Of a stretch of 64,000 nucleotides of DNA, positions 41,007-51,943 are shown one piece after another; the stretch's first letter is position 1, and the number at the start of each line of letters is the position of its first letter. The DNA comes from Vulcanimicrobiota bacterium. Lineage in GTDB: Bacteria > Vulcanimicrobiota > Vulcanimicrobiia > Vulcanimicrobiales > Vulcanimicrobiaceae. The stretch is from NCBI GenBank assembly GCA_963723515.1, contig CAVRQT010000003.1, positions 960,001 through 1,024,000 of the forward strand. The letters run 5' to 3'. Below the pieces are notes generated by a model. It made no database searches and was not told the origin of the DNA. It saw only the letters and a list, made by a program, of their open reading frames with translations. Made by a program: the position numbers and the translations under genes.

Positions 41007-41789
41007 TTGCTATCGTCCTGCTCTTGGGGTTTGAAGTAGCGTATGAGTTCGCGCTCGTGCGCTATAGACGGCGGTTTCCCGGCAAGCGAGTGCAATCTGC
41101 ATGGTTCTTCCGAGCCGGCATCTTCGCGGCTGCGGCACTGCTTTCTCCGTGGTTCGACCGTCTGGCGGACGCTTCGTTTTCTATCCACATGTTGCAACAT
41201 CTCGGCCTCATGCTGATCGTACCGCCGCTCATTTTAGCGGCTGGGCCGCTGCCCGTCTTCATCGCGGCGTTGCCCCACAAAGTGGCGCGGCTTATCGGCA
41301 AGGCATTTGGTGCCGGCCTCATCGGCGCGCTGCTCGGCTCCGCGGTGCTCGCCTGGTGCGCGTTCATTGCAGCGATGTGGGCAACGCACTATTCACCGCT
41401 GTACGATGCCGCGTTGCAATCCTCGAGCGGTCCATGCCCTCGAGCACAGCCCTCTATTTATTCGCGGCGATCTGGTTTTGGACACCAATCTTCGGAGCCG
41501 CTCCGGCGCACGTACTTCCTTATCCGGCAAGGACGCTCTATGTCTTCGCGTCGATTCCACCCTGGCGCTGCTCGGTTTTACGTTATACGCTGCACCGCAC
41601 GTGTTGTACGAGCACTACACGATCGTCAACAATCCACTGGGACTCTCGCCCATCGAAGACCAGCACCTTGGCGGCTTGATCATGTGGAGTGCCGGCGGCC
41701 TTGTGCTGTTCGTCGCGATGCTCGCCACAATCGTGGCCTGGCGCCGCCTTGACCTGATGAAGGCCGCCGCACTTCCGCAAGAAAGCTAA
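41003..41789 (+). CDS. ctaG: Cytochrome c oxidase assembly factor (caa3 CtaG type); frameshifted
   Basis: FSIHMLQHL.LM..VPPL; DQHLGGLIMW..G. Confidence 0.8.
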
Positions 41790-41809
41790 CCCGACGCTAG
41801 GAGGCATCG

Positions 41810-44800
41810 ATGAAGCGTCTTCTCTGGCCGGCTCTGCGCCAACTGAACGGCGACCCGCTTGCCTTAGGCAGGGCCGCGCAATCCGAGCATTCTGAAACGC
41901 TGGAGGCGCGCACGAAAAACGCCGACCGCGTCGTCAAATCGGTTTGTCCGTACTGCGCCGTTGGTTGCGGACAGAACGTCTACGTGAAAGACGAGCGCAT
42001 CATTCAAATCGAAGGCGACCCGAATAGCCCGATTTCGCGCGGGCGCCTCTGTCCCAAAGGTTCCGCGACGCGCGAGCTCGTTACGAGCCCACGACGCGAA
42101 TATCACGTCAAATATCGGCGCCCGTATGGAACGCGCTGGGAAGCGTTACCGCTCGAGCGCGCGATCGACATGATCGCCGATCGCGTGATTGCCACCCGGG
42201 AACAGACATGGGAGGATCGGACGCCCGACGGCAAGCTGCTCAACCGCACGATGGGGATCGCCAGTCTCGGCGGCGCGACGCTCGATAACGAAGAGAATTA
42301 TCTGATGAAAAAGCTCTACACGGCGCTCGGCGTCGTGCAGGTCGAAAATCAGGCGCGTATATGACATAGCTCGACCGTCCCCAGTTTGGGGACCTCATTC
42401 GGCCGTGGCGGAGCGACGACGTTTCAGCAAGATCTGCAAAACGCCGACTGTATTCTCATCATGGGCTCCAACATGGCGGAGAACCACCCCGTCGGCTTTC
42501 AGTGGGTAATGGAAGCGCGTGAACGCGGGGCAACGGTCGTTCATGTGGACCCTCGGTTCACCCGCACGAGCGCCGTTGCGAATTTGTATCTGTCGATACG
42601 CGCCGGCAGCGACATTGCGTTCCTCGGCGGCATCATTCGCTACATCTTAGAGAATCGGCGCGAGTTCACCGAGTATGTCGTCAACTACACGAACGCGCCG
42701 TTCATCATCGACGAACGCTTCCGCGACACCGAAGATTTGGCCGGCTTCTTCTCCGGCTGGGACGCTTCGAAGAACGCGTATGATGTGGAAAGCTGGCAGT
42801 ACAAAAACATGCCGGTGCATGCGGCTGCGGGCAGGCGCGCGAGAGAAACAGCGGCGGCGGGCGAAGCGACTGGCGGCCACGGTCATCCGATCGCGCACCA
42901 TGATGCCGAATGCGACGAGACACTGCAGCACCCGAACTGCGTCTTTCAGCTGCTGCGTAAGCACTTTGCGCGCTACACGCCGGAAATGGTGTCGCAGATC
43001 TGCGGCATTTCAGCCAGCGAGCTTCGAACGAGTAGCGCAATTGCTGTGCGAAAATTCGGGACGCGAAAGAACGACGGCCTTCGTCTATTCCGTCGGCTGG
43101 ACTCAGCACACCGTCGGCGTGCAATACATCCGCACAGCGGCAATCATTCAACTGCTGCTCGGCAACATCGGACGCCCCGGCGGCGGCATCATGGCCTTGC
43201 GCGGACACACCTCGATTCAAGGTTCGACCGACATCCCGACGCTTTACGATCTTCTGCCAGGGTACATCCCGATGCCGCAAGCGGGCGATCATGACGATCT
43301 GCAAACGTTCATCGAACATAATGCTTCAAAGACGGGTTTCTGGGCACACATGGACGCCTATACGGTTAGTCTGCTCAAAGCGTACTTCGGCGAGGCCGCG
43401 ACCGCGCAGAACGAATTTTGCTTCAGATATTTGCCGCGCATCACCGGCGATCACTCGCACTACCGCACGACTTTCGACATGCTCGACGGCAAAGTCAAAG
43501 GCTTCTTTTTAGCGGGTGAAAACCCGGCCGTTGGTTCAGCGCATGGCGGCTTACAACGACGTGCGATGGCGAATCTTGATTGGCTCGTCGTGCGGGATCT
43601 CGTTGAGATCGAAAGCGCGTCGTTCTGGTATGAAGGGCCGGAAATCGAGAGCGGCGAGCTGCGCCCGGAAGCGATCAAGACGGAAATTTTCTTCCTTCCG
43701 GCTGCCGCGCATACCGAGAAAGACGGTTCGTTCACGAACACGCAGCGCTTGCTGCAGTGGCATCATCAGGCGGTTAAGCCACACGGCGATTGCCAATCGG
43801 ATCTTGACTTCTACTACCATCTTGGCAAACGGATTAAAGAGAAGCTTGCGGAATTCAAAAGAGCCGCGCGACCGTGCGATTCAGGCGCTGACCTGGAACT
43901 ATCCGACCGCTGGCGAGCGGCAAGAAGTTGATGCGCAAGCGGTTCTCGCGGAAATCAATGGCCTCGATGCGCACGGCAAACCGCTTTCGAGCTATTCACA
44001 GCTCACGTCGGACGGATCGACGGCATGCGGATGCTGGATCTACTGCGGCGTTTTCGCGGGCGGACTGAACCGCGCGGCTGCCCGCACGCCCGGCCACGAT
44101 CAACATTGGGTTGCGCCACATTGGGGCTGGGCGTGGCCCGCGAATCGCCGCATGCTCTACAATCGCGCTTCGGCAGACCCGAACGGTCATCCATGGAGCG
44201 ACCGCAAGAAATACGTTTGGTGGGATGCGCAACTCAAGGAGTGGACCGGTTACGATGCGCCCGATTTCGAGCTGAAAAAGGACCCGCAATACGAACCGCC
44301 GCGCGACGCTCGCGCGGAAGACGCGATCGGCGGCGCGGAGCCCTTCATCATGCAAGCCGACGGCGTTGGATGGATTTGGGCGCCCGGCGGCTTGCGTGAC
44401 GGACCATTGCCGGCGCACTACGAGCCTGAGGAATCGCCGGTCAAGAATTTACTTTACGCGCAAAATTGCAATCCGGTACGCCAAAAATTCGAGCGGCCTG
44501 AGAATCCCTACAACGTCCCGGACACTTCGAACGAATTTCCGTATGTTTTCACGACGTATCGGCTAACCGAGCACCACACCGCTGGCGGCATGACGCGCAC
44601 GCTTCCGCACCTCTCCGAACTGCAGCCGGAATTCTTCTGCGAGGTGAGCCCTGAGCTCGCGGCAGAATGCGGCCTGGAAAACGGTGGCTGGGCGACGCTG
44701 GTCACATCCCGTGCGGCAATAGAAGCCCGGGTGCTCGTCACAAAGCGCATGAAACCGCTGCGCATCGGAGAGCGGATCGTGCATCAGATCGGCGTGCCTT

Positions 44801-44940
44801 ACCACTGGGGCTACAAAGGCATCTCGGTCGGCGATAGCGGCAACGATCTTCTCCCGGTCGCGCTCGATCCAAACGTGCACATCCAAGAGGCCAAGGCGGC
44901 GACATGCGACATCCGTCCGGGACGCAAACGGAACGCATGA
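41810..44940 (+). CDS. fdnG: Formate dehydrogenase alpha subunit, selenocysteine at TGA 42362-42364; additional frameshifts near 43020 and 43850
   Basis: CPYCAVGC..LCPKG; QARI-U-HSSTVPSL; GRGG.T; MAENHPVGF; ALRGH; TTYRLTEHH; no Tat signal. Confidence 0.92.
42377..42393 (+). promoter_or_regulatory. Bacterial SECIS hairpin
   Basis: GTCCCC-AGTTT-GGGGAC starting 12 nt after the in-frame TGA; G in the apical loop. Confidence 0.8.
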
Positions 44941-45788
44941 GTTTCCAAACGCTGACCTCAGCGAATGCGGAGATGGCGACCTACGATCTGACGGGCGAGC
45001 GCATGGGGTTTTTCACCGATACGACGCTGTGCATCGGATGCAAAGCGTGCGAAGTCGCTTGCAAAGAGTGGAATCAACTGCCCGCGGACGGCTACGAGTT
45101 CACCGGACAGTCGTACGACAACACCGGCGCGCTCGGCGCCACGACCTGGCGTCATGTCGCCTTCGTCGAGCAGTTCGACGGCGAAGCAAAGGATCTGGTC
45201 GCGCCGCTTTCTTTCGAAGGCGACCGCTGGCTGATGTCATCCGATGTTTGCAAGCACTGCACCCATGCTGCCTGTCTCGACGTCTGTCCGACCGGCGCGC
45301 TGTTCCGCACGGAATTTGGAACGGTCGTGGTGCAAGATGACGTCTGCAACGGTTGCGGCTATTGCGTGCCGGCGTGTCCCTTCGGCGTGATCGATCGGCG
45401 CCCCGATACAGGGCGCGCCGCAAAATGCACGCTGTGCTACGACCGCTTGAAGGACGGGCAAACACCCGCATGCGCTAAGGCGTGCCCGACGGAGTCGATC
45501 CAGTTCGGCAAGCTTTCGGAGTTGCGGGAGCGCGCGCAAACGCGTCTGGAAAGAGTTGGAGCGATCAACGCTGGAGCGCGTTTGTATGGCGCGGATCAAG
45601 ATGACGGCGTCGGCGGCTTCGGCGCATTCTTTTTGCTGACCGACGATCCCGAAGTGTATGGATTACCGCCCGACCCGCGCGTAACGACGCGTGATTTGCC
45701 CGCGATGTGGAAAGCTGCCGCATTGGCCGGCGCTGCATTGGCGGCCGCAGTTTTCGCTTCTGCCATTGGATCGCGCGATGACGGCTAA
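44937..45788 (+). CDS. fdnH: Formate dehydrogenase iron-sulfur (beta) subunit
   Basis: CIGCKACEVACKEWN, CKHC..A.C..VCP, CNGCGYC..ACP, KCTLC.DR...PACAKACP; C-terminal hydrophobic helix. Confidence 0.9.
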   Translation: MSFQTLTSANAEMATYDLTGERMGFFTDTTLCIGCKACEVACKEWNQLPADGYEFTGQSYDNTGALGATTWRHVAFVEQFDGEAKDLVAPLSFEGDRWLMSSDVCKHCTHAACLDVCPTGALFRTEFGTVVVQDDVCNGCGYCVPACPFGVIDRRPDTGRAAKCTLCYDRLKDGQTPACAKACPTESIQFGKLSELRERAQTRLERVGAINAGARLYGADQDDGVGGFGAFFLLTDDPEVYGLPPDPRVTTRDLPAMWKAAALAGAALAAAVFASAIGSRDDG

Positions 45789-46642
45789 GAGCCGCTCGTA
45801 CTATGGGCGACCGATCCTCAAATCGCATATTTGGAAGGATTACATCGCCGGATATCTCTTCATCGGCGGTTTGGCCGGTGCGAGTGCAACACTCGGCGTG
45901 GCGGCACGCGCAAAAAAGAACGACGCCGCTTGCGCGCAGCTGCACGTTAAGCGCTGCGGGCGGCGCCGCGGTGAGCGCCGTGTTGTTGATCGCCGACCTC
46001 GGTGATCCGGGCAGATTCCTCCATATGCTGCGCGTCGTGAAGCCGACGTCGCCGATGAACGTCGGCACCTGGATTCTGAGCGCATTCGGCTTGGCGAGCG
46101 GCGTCGCGGCTACCGCGGAAATGGCCGGAAAGCACAACGCGATAGCGTCAACGTTGACCGGAATCCTCGGCATTCCACTGTCGACATACACGGCCGTGCT
46201 GATTGCGGACACCGCCACGCCGGTTTGGCACGAAGCACATTCGACGCTGCCGTTCCTCTTCGCGGCCAGCGCGGCGCTTAGTGCCGGTGCATGGAATTCG
46301 CTCTTCGTTTCACACCGCGATGGCGCGATTGCGAGACGCCTGATGGTTCTCGCCGGGATTTGCGAACTCGCCGCGCACCGCAGGATGGTTCATCAATTGG
46401 GATCCTTACTTGGCGAGCCGTATCAAGTCGGCCGCGCGGGACACTATGCAAAGATTGCGCGCGCCTTGACGACGACTGCAGTCGTCACAACCGCAGTTCT
46501 CGGCAAACGCTGCCGTGTCGCCGCGATGCTTGGCTCCTTGAGTGCCCTGGCAGGCGCGCTCTGCGAACGTTTGAGCGTCTTTTATGCGGGAACGCAATCC
46601 GCGCTCGATCCGAAGTACGTCGTTGAAAGCCAGCGCCGCTAA
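45778..46642 (+). CDS. NrfD/PsrC family membrane anchor; frameshift near 45925
   Basis: SYYGRPILK..W..YIAGYLFIGGLAG; DLGDP.RF..MLRV.KPTSPM..G.W; YTAVL..DTATPVW. Confidence 0.88.
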
Positions 46643-46676
46643 GGGAAAGATTTCTTAAAAGCCAAAGAACGCCGTA

Positions 46677-48417
46677 ATGTCTACGGTCAAAGGCGAGCCG
46701 CGCCCGACGACGCTCGCCGAACTTCGGCACACGGCTGCGCACGTGCTCGCGTATGCAGTGCAAGATCTCTTTCCCGATGCGAAGCCGACGATCGGCCCCG
46801 CAATCGAGAACGGCTTCTATTACGATTTCGAGCGCGCTGAGCCGTTCACGCCCGACGACCTCCTGCGCCTCGAAGCGCGGATGAAAGAGATCATCGCTGC
46901 CGGACATCCGATGGTCGGCATGACGGTCTCGCGCGAACGTGCGATCGACTGCTTTAAAGACAATCCGTACAAAGTTGAAATCGCATCTGAGATTCCGCCG
47001 GATGAACCGATCACGCTGTACACGATCGGCGAGTTTACGGATCTCTGTCGCGGCGGACACGCGCCGTCAACGGCCGACATTGGGGCGGTCAAATTGACGA
47101 ATGTCGCCGGTGCATATTGGCGAGGCGACGAGCATCGGCCGATGCTGCAACGGATCTATGGAACGGCGTGGCCGACGCAAGCGGAGCTCGACGCCTATTT
47201 GGTCTTCCTCGATGAAGCGGCGAAGCGCGACCATCGCAAACTCGGCGTGGAGCTGGACCTCTTCTCGATCCAGGAAGAAGCGGGCGGCGGCCTCGTCTTC
47301 TGGCACCCAAAAGGCACGGTGATGCGCGAAATCGTGCAAGATTTCATTCGGCAAGGTTTGCGCGAGCGCGGTTACGAGGCCGTGGTCACGCCGCACATCT
47401 TTGCCGAGAAGCTCTTCGAGATCTCGGGCCATCTCGAAAATTTCTCCGACAGCATGTACGGGCCGCTCGAGGTGGAGGAGCAGCGCTTTCGATTAAAACC
47501 GATGAATTGCCCGGGCCACATTTTGATCTACAAGAGCCACGCGCATTCATACCGTGAGCTGCCGATCCGGTACGCGGAATTCGGCACGGTATACCGGTTC
47601 GAGCGCAGCGGAACGCTGCATGGAGTGACGCGCGTGCGTGGATTCACGCAGGACGACGCGCACCTCTTCTGCATGCCCGAGCAACTGCAAGGCGAATTCG
47701 AGCAGACGCTCGGCGAGGCGTTGCGCCTGATGCGCGCCTTTGCGTTCAGCGACTTTGAATATTTTCTCTCGCGACGCGAGCCGCATCTTCGCGTCGAGAC
47801 GCGACGCGATCGCGGAAGACGCGATTCGCGCCGCACTGGAGAAATTTGATTTGCCGTACGCGATCGACGAGGGCGGCGGCGCGTTCTACGGTCCCAAGCT
47901 CGACATCAACCTGCACGATGCGATCGGCCGGAAATGGCAGCTCGGCACGGTGCAAGTAGACTTCATGCTTCCGCAGCGCTTCGACGTGAAATATCGCGGC
48001 AGCGACGGCTCAGATCATCGGCCGGTGATGATCCATCGCGCGCTGGCCGGCTCGCTCGAGCGCTTCTTCGGCGTGTTGATCGAGCATTTCGCCGGTAACT
48101 TTCCGGCGTGGCTCGCGCCGGTTCAAGCGGTCATCGCGCCTGTTTCGGAGCATCAATTCGACTATGCTCGGCAGATCGAGCAACAGCTCGCAGGGCAGAG
48201 CTTCCGCGTCGAGCTCGATAGATCAAATGAGAAACTCGGGTACAAGATTCGACATTGGAAGACGCAGAAGGTGCCCTACATCTTGGTCGTCGGGAAAAAC
48301 GAAGCCGCCGCCGGAACCGTTAACGTCAACGAACGCGGTTCTCTGGAAAGCCGCCCGCCGATCAGCGTAGCGGCGTTCGCCGAAGAACTGCAAGAACGAA
48401 TCGAGGAGAAGCGATGA
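46677..48417 (+). CDS. thrS: Threonine--tRNA ligase lacking the N-terminal TGS domain; frameshift near 47800
   Basis: LRHTAAH, DLCRGGH, GAYWRGD, RDHRKLG, KPMNCPGH, RVRGFTQDDAH, AFYGPKLD, IHRA..GS.ERF. Confidence 0.96.
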
Positions 48418-49275
48418 ACTGCCTTCTGCGCGCCGGCGCTATTATTTGCATGCTAGGATTCCTGACGGCATGTCAGGGCAGCTTGAGTTCCGGTCCAACG
48501 CTGCCGTTCACGCCGCCGCCCGGCGGCAATCCGGCTTCTGAAGGGGCGCCTCAGCCGGGCCAAACGTCGGCGCCGATGACAACCGACACGGTGACGTATG
48601 CGTTCGATGCAGCGCCCGACGGTTTTGCATGCCCGCAGAGCAGCGGCGGTTTCAGTTGCGTGCTGCGTTTCAACATGCCGCCTGAGAAGCCCAAAGCGGC
48701 AACGCAAAGCAAGGTCGGCGCCAAACCGCAAACGCCCGCCCCAAGCGCATCGCCGATTTCTCCGCTCGAGAATGCGCTCGCGAACCCGAGCGCGCCGCCC
48801 AGCGCAGCGTCGACGCCAAGCGGACCAACGATGGCTTTGACGATGACGGCGATGCCGAACGACGCCCCGAAGATGGTGATCAACAGCAAGACGCCGATTC
48901 CGACGACGGCGCTGATTCGCGTTATGCTCGTGCCGTCGGAGGACTTCACATTAACCGGCGCGGCGCTCGCGCAATTTACGTTGCCCCAGACGGAAATTGA
49001 AAAGCGGGGATTTGCGGTGCAGCTCTTCACTGAGAACGTGCACGGCAAGAGGCACGATTGGAATCCTGTCGCTGACGATTGCGCATTCATCGCTCGATGG
49101 TGCAACGCTGGCGTTTCGTTTTATGCCGCCGAAGATGACGCTTCCAAAAGATCATCGGTATTTGGCCGTGCTTTACGGTGACGCGCGACCGTCAACGCCG
49201 CCTCCGCCGCCAACGACGGCGCCCTACACGCCCAACCCGTTCATGAGTCCATCGCCTCGGCCGCCGGGGTTCTAA
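48414..49275 (+). CDS. Pro-rich lipoprotein; frameshift near 49070
   Basis: Lipobox LTAC; coupled to the thrS stop; C-terminus in ORF 48997..49275. Confidence 0.65.
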
Positions 49276-49276
49276 T

Positions 49277-50677
49277 TTGAGCGCCGCCGTAGCGGCGCGG
49301 CCGCTGACGCGCGCAGAACGCAACACCTTCGTCGCCAGCTTCCTTGGCTGGACGCTCGACGCGTTCGATTTCTTTCTCGTCACCTTCGTCGTCGTTCAGC
49401 TCGCCAAAGACTTCCGGCACACGATTCCGCAGGTTGCATTTGCGATCACGGTGACGCTGATGCTGCGCCCGGTCGGCGCGTTTATCTTCGGCTACTTTGC
49501 GGACAAGTACGGACGGCGCGTGCCGCTGATGGTCGACATCGCGTTCTACTCCGTGATCGAATTGCTGACGGCTTTCTCGCCGAATTTCACCGTCTTCATC
49601 ATCTTGCGAGCGCTCTATGGGATCGGAATGGGCGGCGAGTGGGGCGTCGGCTCGGCGCTCGCCATGGAAAATCTGCCTCCGGAGCGGCGCGGCTTTTTCT
49701 CCGGCGTGCTGCAAGAAGGCTACGCGCTCGGCTTCCTTCTCGCCGGCGGCGTCTTCTTCGCAATGTCACATTTCTTCCCGCAGCATACGTGGCGCGCGAT
49801 GTTCGTCGTGGGCGTGTTGCCGGCGTTGCTCGTGCTCTTCATTCGTGCGCACGTTCCCGAATCCGCAGCCTGGCTAGCGCAGCGCGCGTCGGGAAAATTG
49901 AGCGGACCGACGCCGGTACAGGGCTATGCGATCGGCTTGCTCGTTGCGGGGGGCCTGTTCTATCTCGTCTTAGCGTTCGCGCCGGCCTTTACGTGGATTG
50001 CGTTAATCGTCGCGCTTGCGATCGTCGCGTTTTCGATCGTCCGGTTCACGAAGAGCGGCGAAGGCTCGCGAAATTGGCCGCTATTTTTGTATGCTGTGTT
50101 GCTGATGGCGTGCTTCAACTTCATGTCGCACGGCACGCAAGATCTCTACCCGACGTTTCTGCAGAAGCAGCACGGCTTCGACTCGGGCAAGGTGTTCTTG
50201 ATCAACTCGATTGCGAACATCGGCGCGATTCTTGGAGGCATGCTGTTCGGCGCGGTCTCGCAGCGAATTGGGCGGCGGCTTGCCATTACGGTGGCAGCGA
50301 TCCTCGGTATCTTGATGATTCCGCTTTGGGCATTTTCAGCAACGCTCGTGCTGCTGGCGGTCGGCGGTTTCCTGATGCAGTTCATGGTGCAAGGCGCGTG
50401 GGGCATCATTCCCGCCCATTTGAACGAACTGTCGCCATCTGAAGCGCGCGGCACGTTTCCCGGCTTCGTCTACCAATTCGGCAATTTCTTATCCGCGGGC
50501 GCGGCGCAGATCGAAGCGCAATTCGCGACGACGCGCTTTGCGCTCTCGAACGGCAAGGCGGATTACGCGCACGCGATGTCGGTCATCGCGGTCATCGTCT
50601 TTGTGGCGGTAATCTTCTTCACGTTGATCGGCAAAGAAGCGCGCAACGTCGTGTTTGGCGCGCCCGCCACTCGATGA
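49277..50677 (+). CDS. MFS carboxylate transporter (sialate:H+ symporter family)
   Basis: GWTLDAFDFF, LRPVGA.IFG..ADKYGRR, GMGGEWG, NFMSHGTQDLYPTF, QGAWG..PAHL.ELSP. Confidence 0.9.
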   Translation: MSAAVAARPLTRAERNTFVASFLGWTLDAFDFFLVTFVVVQLAKDFRHTIPQVAFAITVTLMLRPVGAFIFGYFADKYGRRVPLMVDIAFYSVIELLTAFSPNFTVFIILRALYGIGMGGEWGVGSALAMENLPPERRGFFSGVLQEGYALGFLLAGGVFFAMSHFFPQHTWRAMFVVGVLPALLVLFIRAHVPESAAWLAQRASGKLSGPTPVQGYAIGLLVAGGLFYLVLAFAPAFTWIALIVALAIVAFSIVRFTKSGEGSRNWPLFLYAVLLMACFNFMSHGTQDLYPTFLQKQHGFDSGKVFLINSIANIGAILGGMLFGAVSQRIGRRLAITVAAILGILMIPLWAFSATLVLLAVGGFLMQFMVQGAWGIIPAHLNELSPSEARGTFPGFVYQFGNFLSAGAAQIEAQFATTRFALSNGKADYAHAMSVIAVIVFVAVIFFTLIGKEARNVVFGAPATR

Positions 50678-50692
50678 GCGCGCAGTGACTCG

Positions 50693-50894
50693 TGTCACCA
50701 TTGAGCTGTCGGGATGTCGACATCGGGCAACGGCTTCGTCAGCGCTCGCTCAGGCAAGCTCAATGTGACACAGTGGACCATGCTCAGCATGATGAACGGT
50801 CATCGCGTTGTCAGCATTCGCCAACGACGGTGGCGCTTCGACAGGCTCAGCGTGACACATATTCTCGTGGCCCTTCGACAAGCTCAGGGTGACA
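50693..50894. repeat. REP-like cluster
   Basis: Forward TGTCACCATTGAGCTGTCG, then reverse copies CAAGCTCAATGTGACA, CTTCGACAGGCTCAGCGTGACA and CTTCGACAAGCTCAGGGTGACA. Confidence 0.85.
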
Positions 50895-50895
50895 G

Positions 50896-51943
50896 GTGAA
50901 CGATCTCGAAACTGAACGCGCTGTGCTGATTCTTGGGATTGAGACCTCATGCGATGATACGTCGGCTGCCGTTGTGCGCGACGGCGCGGCACGTGCTTTC
51001 CAACGTCGCTACGAACCAAGATGAGTTCCACAAGAAATTCGGCGGAATCGTGCCGGAAATCGCGAGCCGGCAGCATGTCGCGCTCCTCTCGGCCGCGGTT
51101 GAAGACGCCGTCGATCGCGCCGGCGTCTCACTCGACGACATCGAGGCAATCGCCGTCACCAAAGGCCCCGGTTTGATCGGAAGCCTCGTTGTCGGCGTTG
51201 CACATGCCAAGGCGCTGGCGTTTGCGCTTGAGCGACCGCTCTACGGTGTCAATCACTTGCACGGTCATATCTTTGCGGCATATCTCGATCGCGACGAAGA
51301 GCCGCAGTATCCGCTCCTCGTCTTGCTCGTTTCCGGAGGACATACGCAACTGGTCGCCGTGCACAGCGCCGTCGAGATGGAGATCCTCGGGCGAACCCGT
51401 GACGATGCAGCCGGTGAGGCCTATGACAAAACGGCGCGGCTTTTGGGGCTTGAGTTTCCCGGCGGCCCGCAACTCGATCGGCTCGCGCGCGATGGCGATC
51501 CAACCGCAGTTCGCTTTCCGCGACATCGAGCGGCGGGAGATTCGCTCGACATGTCCTTTTCAGGGCTCAAGACATCGGTGCGCTACTATCTGGAATCGCA
51601 GATCGAAGGGTTGGGCGCGCCCGCGTGCGACGTTGCCGCTTCGTTTCAAGCAGCGGTCATCGACGTGTTGATGGACCGTGTGCGAAAGGCATGGGAACGC
51701 GAGGCATATTCGGCGGTGATTGTTTCCGGCGGCGTTGCTGCAAACTCGGCGCTGCAATCCGAAATGAAGCGGTGGGGCCGAGCCGGCAATATTGCGGTCT
51801 TGATTCCGCCGCCCAAGTACTGCACCGACAACGCCGCGATGATCGCCGCGGCGGCGTACTATCAGGGCGAAAGCGTTCGGGCCGACCCGCTTACGCTGAC
51901 GGCCGACCCGAATCTGCCTTTCGAGATTCCGCTTCCCGTCTAG
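50896..51943 (+). CDS. tsaD: tRNA N6-adenosine threonylcarbamoyltransferase; frameshift near 50985
   Basis: ILGIETSCDDTSAAVV; GGIVPEIASR.H; VNHLHGH; VSGGHT; DDAAGEAYDK; GGVAAN; CTDNAAMI. Confidence 0.96.

Noticed and set aside
41810..42364. Separate short FDH N-terminal gene
   Set aside because: The TGA is at the conserved Sec/Cys position, has a SECIS-like hairpin, and the frame continues in register.
46677..46760. ThrS lacking the TGS domain as a novelty
   Set aside because: N1-less ThrRS variants are already known in several bacterial lineages.
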